Shown here in pieces: positions 32,000-32,000 of a stretch of 32,000 nucleotides of DNA. The notes below the pieces were generated by a model that was given only the letters and a program-made list of their open reading frames with translations, had not been told where the DNA came from and searched no databases. The stretch is taken from positions 4,350,001 to 4,382,000 of the forward strand of contig CP104013.1 in the NCBI GenBank assembly GCA_025839675.1, in the 5' to 3' direction. The number at the start of each line of letters is the position of its first letter. Position 1 is the first letter of the stretch. Position numbers and translations under genes: made by a program. This stretch comes from Candidatus Lokiarchaeum ossiferum (GTDB lineage Archaea > Asgardarchaeota > Lokiarchaeia > Sigyniarchaeales > Promethearchaeaceae).

Positions 32000-32000
32000 A

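Overview
The window is AT-rich and densely coded. The printed sequence ends at base 31999. I call 33 CDS. I saw no rRNA, tRNA, CRISPR array, transposase or integrase.

Gene content points to an archaeon: a UbiA-family prenyltransferase that looks like DGGGP synthase, a CDP-alcohol phosphatidyltransferase, oligo-T runs after genes, GGTGA/GAGGT-type Shine-Dalgarno sequences, and several Roadblock/LC7, longin-like and V4R small proteins. An Asgard (Loki-like) origin is plausible, but that is inference only.

Recognisable housekeeping and accessory genes:
- 5'-truncated GH36 alpha-galactosidase, argS, dut, nadB
- a GAF sensor, a GNAT, a VOC protein and an SDR epimerase-like protein
- a hotdog thioesterase
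- a TetR regulator divergent from a flavodoxin plus a membrane 4Fe-4S protein
- an MFS transporter
- a MoxR/CbbQ-class AAA+ ATPase paired with a 734-aa VWA protein
- a secreted, S/T-stalk-anchored protein
- a 3'-edge fragment of a cyclase/formamidase-like gene

The stand-out is a tightly packed nine-gene minus-strand array (7430-17550). In transcription order it encodes:
1. a Roadblock/LC7 protein
2. a V4R protein
3. a second Roadblock-like protein
4. a longin-like plus Roadblock-like fusion
5. a tail-anchored subtilase with no signal peptide
6. a DUF457-like membrane hydrolase
7. an orphan, ligand-degenerate NuoC-NuoD fusion
8. a 630-aa protein of unknown family
9. an 818-aa paralog of it that ends in a zinc ribbon

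The two large proteins together carry four copies of a ~290-aa module that I cannot assign to any family. No GTPase lies in or near the array; the MoxR gene at 27341 has the only P-loop in the window. I consider this array the best candidate for an undescribed system. All functional ideas about it are hypotheses that need profile searches and structure prediction.
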